From: the human T2T-CHM13v2.0 reference genome, Homo sapiens
DNA: 64,000 nt
Reading direction: 5' to 3' (one strand)
Assembly (NCBI RefSeq): GCF_009914755.1
Contig: NC_060934.1
Shown: in pieces, positions 14,430 through 28,824 of the stretch
How the letters are laid out: every line of letters begins with the position of its first letter
How positions within the stretch are numbered: the first letter of the stretch is position 1
Program-made: the position numbers and the translations under genes
Notes under the pieces: generated by a model
What the model was told of the DNA's origin: nothing
Seen by the model: the letters and a program-made list of their open reading frames with translations, nothing else
The model's database searches: none

Positions 14430-14615
14430 AGTGTTTTCAACTGGGACTGCCCATTAAAATTATCTAGCGATCTTTGTAAATCGTGGCATAACTAGGCTTT
14501 ACCACAGAACAATTAAATCAAGATCTCTATCCGTGGAGCCTGGGCATAGTACTTTATAAAAGATTCCCAAGGATTTCTCAAGCATACCCAAAGCTGAGAG
14601 CTACTATTGCTCTAG
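14430..14615. mobile_element. MER5-family hAT-Charlie element
   Basis: 'agtgttttcaact' ... 'caattaaatcaagatctct' ... 'aaagctgagagctact' terminal similarity. Confidence 0.65.
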
Positions 14616-15154
14616 ATACAAGTTGTTACAATTAATATGATAAGTGTAATAAGTCCAGCAAAATATATTTTATGATCATAACTTGAGTTATTTTCACTCT
14701 GCTACACTAGTGAATGTCACTTTTCTAGATGGCCTTTCTCTGTCATAGTCTCCTGTTTGTCCAAAGACCCATTTAGCACCAAACAGGACCCAACACAATC
14801 AAGGCCAAATCAATGTTTATTGAATGGTGAATAATATCACTGACTCATATTATTACCATTCCCCATTAGATCAAAGTGACAAGATGAAAAACAATATAAG
14901 ATAGGTACCATGTAGCAATAATTAAAATATTTATATTTTGATCCTTGTTTTCTTTTTCAAAAGCTATCTTGCATTAAAAGAGCTAAAGGTTCACATCATG
15001 TTCTTAAGGGTTATAGTAAGTAATCAGCTATGCCTAAAAATTAACATCATGAACCAACACATGCAAGGGTAAGTGCAAGACTAGTAACACATGTCTTCAG
15101 CCTTATCAATAATATTATCAATAATATCAAAGTAGTGGTCAACCACCTGTTTTC

Positions 15155-18148
15155 ATTTTTTTAACTTTTATTTTGAGTTCAGTGGTACACATGCAGGTTT
15201 GTTATGTGAATAAATTGCATGCTTCAGGAGTTTGGTGTACAGATCATTTTGTCACCCAGATAATAAGCATAGTACCAGATAGGTAGGTTCTAAATCCTCA
15301 CCCTCCACCCTAGAGTACACCCTGGTGTCTGTTGTCTCCTTCATTCTGTCCGTATGTCTGTAATGTTTAGTTCCCACCTGTAAGTGAGAACGTGTGGTAT
15401 TTGGTTTTCTGTTCCTGTGTTAGTTTGTTTAGAATAATGGTCTCTAGCTCCAACCATGTTGTGGCAAAGGACATGATATTTTCTTTTATGACTGCATAGT
15501 ATTCCATGTTGTATATGTACCACATTTTCTTTATCCAGTCTGCCACTGATGGGCGTTTAGGTTGATTCCACGTCTTTGCTATTGTGAATAGTGCTGCAAT
15601 GTGTGCATGTGTCTTTATGGTAGAACAATTTATATTCCCTTGGGTATATAACCAATAATGAGATTGTTGGATTAAATGGTAATTCTGTTTTTAGTTTCTT
15701 GAGAAATCACCAAACTACTTCCCACAGTGACTCAACTAAATTCTCATCAGCAGTGTATAAGTATTCCCTTTTCCCTACAGCCTCACCAGTAACTGTTATT
15801 TTTTTACTTTTTAAATAATAGCCATTCTGACTGGTATGAGATGGTAAGACATTGTGGTTTTGATTTGCAATTCTCTAATGATTAGTAATGTCGAGCATTT
15901 CTTCATATGCTTGTTGGCTGCATGTATGTCTTCTTTTGAAAAGTGTCTGTTCATGTCCTTTGCCCATGTTTTATGGGGTTGTTTTCTGCTTATAAATTTG
16001 TTTAAGTTCCTTATAGATTCTGAATATTAGACTTTTGTCAGATGCAAAGCCTGAAAATATTTTCTCCTATCCTGTAGGTTGTCTGTTTACTCTTTCAATA
16101 GTTTCTTTTGCTGTGCAGAAGCTCTTTAGTTTAATTAGGTCCCATTTGTCAATTTTTGATTTTGTTGCAATTGCTTTTGGCATTTTTGTCATGAAAATTT
16201 TTGCCAGGGACTATGTTCAGAATGGCATTTCCTAGGTAATCAGCCAGGGTTTTTGTAGTTTTAAGTTTTCCATTTAAGTCTTAATCCGTCTTGAGTTGAT
16301 TTTTGTAAATGGTATAAGGAAAGGGTCCAGTTTCAATCTTCTGCATATGGCTAGCCAGTTATTCTAGCACAATTTATTAAGGGAGTCCTTACCTCATTGC
16401 TTGTTTTTGTTCATTTTGTCAAAGATCAAATGGTTGTAGGTGTGCAGCCTTATTTCTGGGCTCTCTATTCTGTTTCATTAGTCTATGTGACCGTTTTTGT
16501 ACCAGTACCATGCTGTTTAGGTTACTGCAGCCTTGTGGTATAATTTGAAATCAGGTAATGTGATGCCTCCAGCTTTGTTCTTTATGCTTAGTACTGCCTT
16601 GGCTATTTGGACTATTTTTTTTTTTTGTTCCACATGAACTTTAAAATAGTTTTTTGTAATTCTGTGAAGAATGTTTTTGGTAGTTTGATAGGAATAGCAT
16701 TAAATCCGTAAATTGCTTTGGGAAGTATGACCATTTTAACAATATTGATTCTTCCTATTCATGAGCATAGGATGTTTTTCCATTTGCTTATGTCATCTTT
16801 GATTTCCTTAATAAGTGTTTTTTAATTCTTATTGTAGATATCTTTCACCTCTGTGGTTTTCTGTATTCCTAGGTATTTTATTGTTTTGTGGCTACTAATT
16901 CAAAATTTCATTCTTGATTTGCCTCTCAGCTTGGCTCTTGTTGGCGTATAGTAATGTTAGTGATTTTTGTACGTTGATTTTGTATCCTGAAACTGCTGAA
17001 GTTGTTTATCAGATCAAGAAGCTTCTGAGAAGACACTGTGGGATTTTCTAGATATAGAATCATATTGTCTGCAAACAGGGATAGTTGGACTTCCTCTCTT
17101 TCTATTTGAATGTCTTTAATTTCTTGCTCTTGCCTGACTGGTCTGGCTAGAACTTTCAGTACTATGTTGAGTATGAGTGGTGAGACAGGGCATCCTTGTC
17201 TTGTTCCAGTTTTCAAGGGAAATGCTTCTAGCTTTTGCCCATTCAGTATGACGTTGGCTGTAGATTTTTTTTGGGCTGTTATTATTTTGAAGTATGTTCC
17301 TCCAATGCCTAGTTTATTGAGGATTTTTAACATGAAAAGATGTTAAATTGTATCAAAAGCCTTTTCTGCATCTACTGAGATGATTTTGTGGTATTTGTCT
17401 TTATCTCTGTTTATGTGATGAATCACATTTATTGATTTGCATATGTTGAACCAACCTTGCATCCCAGGGATAATGCCTGCTTGATCATGGTCGAATAGCT
17501 TTTTGATTTGTTGTTGGGTTTGGTTTCCTAGTATTTTGTTGAAGATTTTTGCATCTATGTTCATCAAGGATATTGGCTTTAAGTTTTTTTGTTGTTGTGT
17601 CTCTGCCAGGTTTTGGTACCAGGATGAGGCTGGTCTCATAGAATGAATTAGAGAGGATTCTCCTCTCCTCAATATTTTGGAACAGTTTTAGTAGGAATAG
17701 TACCCGCTTTTTTATACATACAGTGGGTACAATTCAGCTGTGAATTCATCTGGTCCTGGGCTTTTTCTGGTTGGTAGGCTTTTTGTTAATGATTCAATTT
17801 TGGAGGTCATTATTGATCTGTTCAGGGATTCAGTTTCTCCCTGGTTCAATCTTAGGAGTTTCTATGTTTCCAAAAATTTATCCGTTTCTTCTAGGTTTTC
17901 TAGCTTGTGTTCATAGAGGTATTTGCAGTTTTTGTATTTCTGTGGGGTCAGCGGTAATGTCCCTTTGTCAGTTCTGCTTGTGTTTAGTTGGATATCCTCT
18001 CTTTTTTCTTTATTAGTATAGCTAGTGGCCTATGTTATCTATTCTTTCGAGTAATAAACTCCTGGATTTGTTGATCTTTTGTATGGTTTTTCACGCCTCA
18101 ATTTCTTTCAGTTCAGCTCTGATTTTGCTTATTTCTTATGCTCTGCTT
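15155..18148 (-). mobile_element. 5'-truncated old primate L1 (L1PA13-16-like), about 3 kb
   Basis: Antisense 3'UTR 'ttttattttgagttcagtggtacacatgcaggtttgtta'; ORF2 RT fragments in ORFs 16926..17333 ([20 protein letters not shown] with the catalytic FADD changed) and 17343..17672. Confidence 0.95.
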
Positions 18149-18443
18149 TGAGTTCAACCATTTTGAAAAACTGCATTCCAGATTGTATTTTATCTAGACC
18201 CCATATATAGAGATCTTTTAAAAAGTTATTTCATGTTTCAATAGTCCTACAATAACATTTTGTGGGGTGATGCATCAATCATTGTTATGATGTTAAATTT
18301 AATAATAATTTTACAGAAAAACACTTTTGTATTCAAATGTATAATAGGGAATGTTGAAGTATGCTGAGGAATATGGAGACTGAGGAGTGTGTATTAAGAA
18401 AATCCCAAAGGACCCATAGCTTCTTAGAATTTGAAGGCACTTT

Positions 18444-19411
18444 CGAAAAGGCAACCTACAAAATAGGAGAAAATTTTCACAACCTACTCATCTGACAAAA
18501 GGCTAATATCGAGAATCTACAATGAACTCAAACAAATTTACAAGAAAAAAACAAACAACCCCATCAAAAAGTGGGCGAAGGACATGAACAGACACTTCTC
18601 AAAAGAAGACACTTATGCAGCCAAAAAACACATGAAAAAATGCTCACCATCACTGGCCATCAGAAAAATGCAAATCAAAACCACAATGAGATATCATCTC
18701 ATACCAGTTAGAATGGCAATCATTAAAATGTCAGGAAACAACAGGTGCTGGAGAGGATGTGGAGAAATAGGAACACTTTTACACTGTTGGTGGGACTGTA
18801 AACTAGTTCAACCATTGTGGAAGTCAGTGTGGAGATTCCTCAGGGATCTAGAACTGGAAATACCATTTGACCCAGCCATCCCATTACTGGGTATATACCC
18901 AAACGACTATAAATCATGCTGCTATAAAGACACATGCACACGTATGTTTATTGCGGCACTATTCACAATAGCAAAGACTTGGAACCAACCCAAATGTCCA
19001 ACAACGATAGACTGGATTAAGAAAATGTGGCACATATACACCATGGAATACTATGCAGCCATAAAAAATGATGAGTTCATGTCCTTTGTAGGGACATGGA
19101 TGAAATTGGAAATCATCATTCTCAGTAAACTATCGCAAGGACAAAAAACCAAACACCACATGTTCTCACTCATAGGTGGGAATTGAACAATGAGAACACA
19201 TGGACACAGGAAAGGGAACATCACACTCTGGGGACTGTTGTGGGGTGGGGGGAGGGGGGAGGGATAGCATTAGGAGATATACCTAATGCTAAATGATGAG
19301 TTAATGGGTGCAGCACACCAGCATTGCACATGTATACATATGTAACTAACCTGCACATTGTGCACATGTACCCTAAAACTTTAAGTATAATAATAATAAA
19401 ATAAAATAAAA
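18444..19411 (+). mobile_element. 5'-truncated young L1 (L1PA3-like), 968 bp
   Basis: Near-consensus ORF2 end and 3'UTR ('gcattaggagatatacctaatgctaaatgatgagttaatgg', 'gtaactaacctgcacattgtg'); perfect 18-bp TSD agaatttgaaggcacttt at 18426-18443 and 19412-19429. Confidence 0.97.
18584..19186 (+). pseudogene. L1 ORF2p C-terminal (cysteine-rich) fragment
   Basis: 200-aa ORF with [18 protein letters not shown] and the native end HMFSLIGGN*; no promoter, EN or RT domain. Confidence 0.9.
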
Positions 19412-20443
19412 AGAATTTGAAGGCACTTTAGAGATAATCTAAAAGAATTGACTTCTTACAATTTGAATGGACTTTAGAAATAATCTGGCAGAATTTCTTG
19501 CCAAAATCAAGAAATGCCATTTCTCTTGAAATCTAATAGCGAAGAAGAAAAATTACTTGCTTCTTTGTAAAAACATCGAAAAACCTACAAAAATATCAAA
19601 GTTTATTTCCAACATGGAGGCCTGGATTTTGGGACTTCCTTATTAAATCTTAATATATTGACAGCACTTGTAAGGACCAACCTCATTCAAAAATATAACA
19701 AACAGATGGCAAATTCTACAGTCAGCAGAAGTAATGGGGGTATTAAAATGCTAGCAGCAGTCTCCCTAATGGCTCTTGTTTTGACAGGTGTCTACTCAGG
19801 TGCTTGTGTTTTCTAAGCAATGTTTCTCTGTTCCTGTGTATAAGCGGCCCTCACCTTTTTATGAGTATCTATGCCATTGCAGTATTTGCTATACATAAGA
19901 CAATCACAACCATTAAACTGTCTCTAATCCTTTCCTGTTGTGGTTATATAAATTATTTGTTTACACTGAGAGTACATGAAATTTTTATAGGCACAATCTA
20001 GGATTGCATCTATCCAGCTTTCCTCTCCAATAAATTTTCTGTAAATATTCAAACTCATATATGCCTCAATGTAACCACACTGTAAACCCTATCTGTTGCT
20101 TTCACAGAAACCATTCAAGCTGGATAAATGGCCCACCTCATAGCCCAGGGAAGAACTCAATGATCAGATTCTAATTATCTTTCTTGGTTCACTTAATAGC
20201 CTTCTCCTCTCTCATGGGGGAGGCCAGGGATACCCTGCAAATGTGGTCTCAGGGAATTCATTGCAGTCATGTCTTCTTAAACATTCATATACAAATGATT
20301 CCTTTAAAGTTATTCATACAATAAAATGTCCTAGACACTGTGTTAGGATACTATGATGAATACTGAGGGTGCTATGATGAATAAAGGCAGTCACTGCCCT
20401 AAAAGAACTTGCATTAAAAACAACAATAAACAAATAGGAATTA

Positions 20444-21615
<1,172 letters not shown>

Positions 21616-21930
21616 TATGTCAGATAAAAATATGAGGTATGAATAAAAATAACATACATTAATAGATACAGAGAGTGACTAGGGCAGGGGATACTACTCT
21701 AGAATGATGGTCAACAAAGGCCTGTTTGTGGAGGGGATATGGAACAGAGACTTGAAGGTAGCAAGAAGGTCATTATCAAAGAGAAGACTATTCTAGAGAG
21801 AGAAAAAAGCTAACAAAGTTTGAAGACCAAAGTGTGCTGGGAAAAAATGAGAAGCAAGAAAGACAGAATTACTGGAGCAGAAAAGGAGTGGAGGACAGTA
21901 GTAAAAGATGAAATTCGAGAAGTTTGGAGC

Positions 21931-22402
21931 TGACATGGTTAATTTTACGTGTTAATGTGATTAGAACAATGGTTCCCAGCTGTTTGATCAAATATCATTC
22001 TGAGCATTTCTGTGAAGGTGGGTTACTGGCCGAGATTAATATTTGAATTGGTAGATTGCATAAAGCAGATTGACTTCCCTAAGGTGGGTGGGCCATATCC
22101 AATCAGTTGAAGGCTTAAATAACAAAAGTCTGCCCTTTCCCAAAGTAAGGAAAACTTTTGCCTCCTGACTACCTGTGAATTGAGACAGTAGCTTTCTCCT
22201 GCCTTTGAACTCAAACTGAAACATCAGCTCTGCCTGAGCTGCAAGCCAGCCATCCTTGAGACTGCAATGACACATCCATTTTTCTTGTTCTTAAACCTTT
22301 GGACTCAGACTGGAAGGACATCATTGACTTTCTTGGGACTCCATCTTGCTGACTCACCTGCAGTTCTTGTAAATTAGCCTCCATAATCACATGAGCCAAT
22401 TC

Positions 22403-22440
<38 letters not shown>

Positions 22441-22520
22441 CATATATATATATAATACAATATATAATATATGTATTCATCCTATTAGTTCTGTTTCTCT
22501 GAAGAACCCTGACTAATACA
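21931..22520 (+). mobile_element. MLT2B-like solo LTR (ERVL) with internal (CA)n(TA)n
   Basis: 'tgacatggttaatttta' start, 'ccaatcagttgaaggcttaaat', ends 'tctgtttctctgaagaaccctgactaataca'; TSD ggagc/gaagc. Confidence 0.88.
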
Positions 22521-23357
22521 GAAGCTTAGGAGTAGTATGTTCTACTTACTATTTAAAAAATCATCCGCTATATGGCATGGTCAGACTGCAGTGGGATGGG
22601 ACAGGGATAAAATCAGGGAGAGTAGCTAAGAAGCTTTGCAATAATCCAGGCAAGAGACAAATTTGTGGCTTTTACTAGGGAGGTAGTGGTAGATGTAGTG
22701 AAAATTAGTGAAAGTCCATATATATTTGAAGATTGAGCCAACAGGATTTGCTGATGAGGAGCTGGAGAAGATGAAATAAGTTGAAAATTATCTCACAGGC
22801 TTTTTGTCCTTGGGCCAAAACTGGAGGAATAGAGTTTTCAGTTTCTGAGATGGGAATGGCTTGAGCTGATTTGCAGGGCTAATTTGAAGTTCAGCTTTAG
22901 AGCATTTTATTTTGAGAAATGTACTGGAAAAGCAAGTAGGGAGGTTGAATAAGCAATCAGGCATGTTAGTCAGAAGTTGAGAGTGAAATTTAGCAACAGG
23001 GTGTCTAATTGTGTCACTAGGAGGAGACCTCCTAGTGATCTGGTGTGGACATAGAAGATTTCTTCAGAAACGGGGGTCATCTCACATAGTTGGTAAGAAA
23101 TATTTCATAATTCATATAGCACCTAACAAAATATAGTTTATCACAGAATTCAGTCATATGTAGAAATGGCATTGAGGTAATTAACAGCTTTTCTGTTTAT
23201 TTTGTGTCAATTTCTACCAAAATCCTACCAAATCATAAGCTGCTTTACTTATTTCATGAGTCATATTAAGGTTATTCAAGTATGTGATTAATGTGTATGA
23301 TTTTCTATGCCATTATTGTTTTTAGATTATATAGATCTAATAGGCAGATAGCTCATA

Positions 23358-23766
23358 TGCTATGGTTGGAATATGTTTCCCAAAGATCATGTGTTGGAAA
23401 CTTAATGTCCAATGCAACAGTGTTGGGAGGTGGGGCCTAATAAAATGGGATTAGGTCAGGAGAGCTCTGAACAAAGGATTAATGTTGTTATCACAGGAGT
23501 TGGTTAGTTACCATGGGAATTAGTTAGTTATCATGAGAGTGAGTTTGTTATCAATGTAAATTTTGCCCCCTCTTGCTCACCTTCTCTTGTACTCTCCTCC
23601 CCTTCCACCTTCCCATGTAATGACATAGTAAGAAGGCCCTCATCAGAGGACAGCACCTTGATATTAGTTCTCCCATCCTCCAGAACTATCAGAAGTAAAT
23701 TTCTTTTCTGTATAAATTACCTGGTCTGTGGGCTTCTGTTATAGCAAAACAAAATGAGCTAGGACA
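23358..23766 (+). mobile_element. MSTC/MSTD-like solo LTR (ERVL-MaLR)
   Basis: TG...CA termini, 'tcatgtgttggaaacttaat', 'gtaagaaggccctca'; perfect 5-bp TSD tcata at 23353-23357 and 23767-23771. Confidence 0.88.
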
Positions 23767-24422
23767 TCATATTAACATACACTAAAGAAATTATTCTGAT
23801 AATTATATTTTGTAGGCTAACCTTAACTTGAAATTTGACTCTAGCTAGTCATCCCTATTTTCTATCTTGATCTGAAATAATTTATTTTGGTTTCATTATC
23901 TATAAAAAAAAAGTTTCTATTTTGCAACATTGCAAACACTGCAATAGAACGTCTCATACTCAAATTCTGTTATAGAGTGCTCATTAACATAGATGTAGCT
24001 TTTAGATATTTTATGTAGACTTAGATAAATTAAATAGCTTCCCAATATACATAGAAAACCTAAAATACATATATATTCTTTTTATGCCCATGAAAATGCA
24101 ATATAAAATGTCTGTTATAAAAATGATTGTTATATTAAAATACGGAATTGTATACATTTAGATATTTTATAGGATAATGAAATTGTTTTGCTTTTTCTCC
24201 TCAGCAGTTAGAGTGGCATATTTTAGAGAAAAACCATAAAATATTGGAAAGAGAAAAGGATTGAGGGTCCCAATTATGCAACTGTTGGGATGACACCAAA
24301 AAAATCATTTAACCTCTTAAGACATCATTTTTCCATACTTATAAAATACAGATATTGAAGTAGATTGTTAATGTTCTTTATGAGTCTAACATTTATGAAT
24401 GCTATCATTTAACAGGCATGGG

Positions 24423-24439
24423 GTGTGTGTGTGTGTGCA

Positions 24440-24466
<27 letters not shown>
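24423..24466. repeat. (TG)n microsatellite with one interruption
   Basis: Direct reading; interrupted once by 'ca'. Confidence 0.95.
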
Positions 24467-24470
<4 letters not shown>

Positions 24471-25234
24471 GCAGTTCCAAAAGGAAGTATCATTTTACTC
24501 CAGGCAAATTTTCATTGACCATATTTTATGCAAGCTACATAGTAGAAATACAGTCAGAGTACGTATTTCTATCATCATGTTAAAAATACATAAATATAAA
24601 GGTGCCAGCATTTTGTCAGTAAATAATCAGAGAATCAGTCCTGAACAGTAAATTCGAGTATGTGTGCTTTTATCACAACCACAATGTTTCATTAATGTGT
24701 TTTTCTTGCTGAATATTCTCGATTCCTTGAAATAAATTTTAATTAGCCACTTTATGCATATAATTTTCATATTTTCATAATTATACTTAATTATGCTCTT
24801 GGCACAATTTATGTAATCAAATAATTGCCATATGCAATTATATTATATAAAATATGTAAACGTAATGGAAAAAATCACAGAAGATGTATTCACACAAGAT
24901 ATTTCCTTTTTCATTTTCAGCTATCCACATTATTTAGTATTGATTTTAACAATATTTATTTTTAGCTCAAATCACTAGATATCAAAGAGAAGATTATATT
25001 CTTAAGGGGAAAATTTGACAGTGATTCTGCATAGAGATGGTATATTATTAAAATACACCATAAGTTGAACATTTGAATAAAAGTAATATGTAATATGCAT
25101 TTTTTCAGGTGGTTTTAGGAAAAATAAAATTTACGTTTTGCTTTTACCCTTAATATTATTGATTTGTAATGTGTTAATTTCATTTATAGCTTTATACATT
25201 CTTATCTATACTCTTAATTGCCTATACCTAAATA

Positions 25235-25470
25235 TGGAATCACAGAAATGCAAAAAAATCAAAGAAATTAAAATAAATATAAAGGTTATCTAGGTCATAT
25301 CCACCTAACACTACACCTTGAGAAAATGATGTCCTGGGAATTTGACTGACTTCACATAGTCACAAAGCTAGTTCAGTTACTTCACATAGTCACAAAGCTA
25401 GTTAACAGCAGGACACAGCCTAACCTCAGGACTCCTGCCTGTCAGTACAGGGCCTTGTCCTTCTATACCA
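25235..25470 (-). mobile_element. MIR/MIR3 SINE with internal 30-bp tandem duplication
   Basis: 'gagaaaatgatgtcctggga...gacttcacatagtcacaaagctagttaacagcaggac...caggactcctgcctgtcag'. Confidence 0.65.
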
Positions 25471-26049
25471 AGAGGATACTCAGTTCAGCACTTATAGGAC
25501 TGTGTTTTCAATGATCTGCTTTTGTTTTTTATCTTCTTCCCTTGATTGTGAGATCTCTGAAGAAAGAGATTAGGTCTTCACCTTTGCATCCCCCACTAGA
25601 GCTTAGAATGTTGCCTACGCATCATCATAATTGCTCAACATCTAGCTTTTTGGAGGCTTTTATTTTGTGCAACTTTTGTGACCATTTTACAAAAATAAGT
25701 AATTGTCTCCTCATCTATTTTGTGGATACACAATGAATGTTGACCTAATGACAACTGGTTGAATACCTTATTGCAAAATTGAGACTTAATATTTGAAACA
25801 CGTATTTTATTTGACTCTACAAAATATAAAATGTGTTATGTACATATCTACCAAGAACTCACACTGAATGGTAATTGTAGGGTATTGGGTAGGAGCCACG
25901 AGGTATTATAAATTTTCTGGCACTCCCATGGCAGAACTGTTTAAATGATGAAATTTCATTTATAGCAAAATTATCCTAACTCAAACACTAGTGAAAAGGA
26001 AAAATAAAAAAAGAAAAAGAATAGCTGATAGACGGAAAACTAACATGAC

Positions 26050-26412
26050 TGATATGGTTTGGCTGTGTCCTCTCCCATACTCATCTTAAATCGTAGCTCC
26101 CATAATTCCCAGATATTGTGGGAGGAACCTGATGAGAGATAACTGAATCATAGAGGTGGTTTCCCCCATACTGCTCTCATGGTGGTGAATAAGTCTCATG
26201 AGATCTGATGGTTTTATAAGGGGTTTCTCCTTTCCCTTGGCTCTCATTTTCTCTCTTGTCTGCTGCCATGTAAGATGTGCCTTTCACCTTCTCACATGAT
26301 TGTGAAGCCTCCCTGGCCACGTGGAACTGTGGGTCCATTAAACATCTTTTTCTTTATAAATTACCCAGTCTCAGGTATGTCTTCATCAGCAGTGTGAAAA
26401 CAGAATAATACA
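26050..26412 (+). mobile_element. THE1C-like solo LTR (ERVL-MaLR)
   Basis: 'tgatatggtttggctgtgtcc' start, 'aataagtctcatgagatctgatggttttataagggg', ATTAAA signal, ends 'taataca'; TSD atgac/ataac. Confidence 0.93.
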
Positions 26413-27299
26413 ATAACTATATACATTTTCATTATCTTCAGCATGCAAGTTTTCTCTCTGAAACAACTCAAAAACTCCATGTGTATTAGCATTTTGTTAT
26501 TAAGTAAATGCTCCTCTGGGTTTCTGTCCTGAGGTTCCACAGGGTGGACATGCTTTTATTTTGTTTCTATTGAATAATTCACAGAAAGTTATTAATTGAC
26601 TAACACCAAACCAATGACAAGGTTGAAGCTCTTAATTGCATATTGTCCTCACATTTGCAAATGGGAAATAAGGCACTGCCCAGGACATTCCAGGGGGAGA
26701 TACAAAGAAGGATAAACTGAGGCTCTATTAGCTCTCACATTCTGTGTTATTTTTATGGAGTGTAACTTTGGCTTCAGAGGATGAGGGTACAGAGAGGAAG
26801 AACATAAAGCACCTGACTCCTCGCCTCTATTTTCTGAGGTAGATTGCTCTTCTAGCCGAGACTGAAATAAAAAATAGCTCTCACGTCTAAGTTCAAGCCT
26901 CACCATGTCGTTATTGGGAACAAAAAGCAAGTATCAATGAACAAAATAAACAAAATACTCTGAACATGCAATATGAGTCTACTATATCTCTTAAAATCAA
27001 TATTTTTCAATGTACAGATACACATTTACATTTAAAAAGAATAGTTCCAATTGTCATTCTCTTCACGTGTCTGCCACACAAAAACTTTTTACCATTACAG
27101 ATTAAGCCAAGGCACTACCAAAAAAAAAAAAAAATTAACTTAGTAGGAAGAATTGCAAAATGCCAAATATTTTTCTGCTTTAAATTTGAATGTTTTTAAT
27201 ATTAGCATGTACTTTCATTAAGGAGTGGGCCTACTAGATACACTGAAGGTATTTGAGTATTTATGATAATAATAATGATTGCTATATAAAACTATAATT

Positions 27300-27687
<388 letters not shown>

Positions 27688-27695
27688 TCAAACAA

Positions 27696-28067
<372 letters not shown>

Positions 28068-28211
28068 CTATGAAGCATTAGTGCTAAAAGCTAAATAAAA
28101 GTTAGAGATGATGAGCTCATAGGAGTTTTAAAATGCTAGAAGAAACAGAAAAACTTTTCTGGAGAAAATGAAACACCATGGGCCTTAAATAAGAGACAAA
28201 ATGTAAATTCA

Positions 28212-28420
28212 CAGGTTGCAAACTCAAATGCCTATCAAAGTCAGCTGAATATTGCTGGGTAGGAAGGTACCTACAGTGTTACCAAATTTTTCAAGAGAAT
28301 CTAGAATTCTAGTTTGACATGTAACAAATACTGACTTTTTAAATAGTGTCAATTAACTCAAACAATTAAGTGCTGTATAAGCCAATAAAAACACTATATA
28401 ATTATGGTCTGCCTGATTTA
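28212..28420 (+). mobile_element. MER103C-like hAT-Charlie fragment
   Basis: 'ggttgcaaactcaaatgccta', 'cagtgttaccaaattttcaagagaa', 'agccaataaaaacac'. Confidence 0.55.
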
Positions 28421-28532
28421 TATTTTTTGTCATGTCCTCAAATATTAGAACAGGGATGAGATGGCAAGAGAAACTGCATGAGCTACATGGCTGTGATGAG
28501 ACCGGATATAGTTAATTTAAAAGAACAATCAG

Positions 28533-28824
28533 GGCTGGGTGTGGTGGTCACACCTGCAACTCTGCACTTTGGGAGGCCGAGGCTCTTGTTTTTCAAGACC
28601 AGCCTGAACAACATGGTGAAACCTCATCTGTATTAAAATACAAAAATTAGCCCAGTGTGGTGGTGCACACCTGTAATCCCAGCTACTCAGGAGGCTGAGA
28701 CATGAGAATCACTTGAACCCGGGAGGCGGAGGTTGCAGTGAGCCAAGATCATGCCACTGCACTGCAGCCTGGGTAATAGAGTGAGACTTTGTCTCAATAC
28801 ATTAAATTAAATTAATAAATAAAA
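28533..28824 (+). mobile_element. AluS SINE with left-arm deletion
   Basis: 15-bp TSD taaaagaacaatcag at 28518-28532 and 28825-28839; about 24 nt missing after 'gaggccgaggc'. Confidence 0.93.

Noticed and set aside
16030-18510. The two neighbouring L1s share two G>A changes (tggg>tagg and aaagg>aaaag) relative to the third in-window L1, suggesting gene conversion or APOBEC3 editing
   Set aside because: The bases between the two sites differ between the copies, so there is no conversion tract. G>A changes do not dominate in the young copy, so coincidence is sufficient.
18584-19186. 200-aa ORF as a functional or domesticated gene
   Set aside because: It is the ORF2 tail of a young truncated L1. 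It is open because the insert is recent, and it has an upstream in-frame TAG and no promoter.
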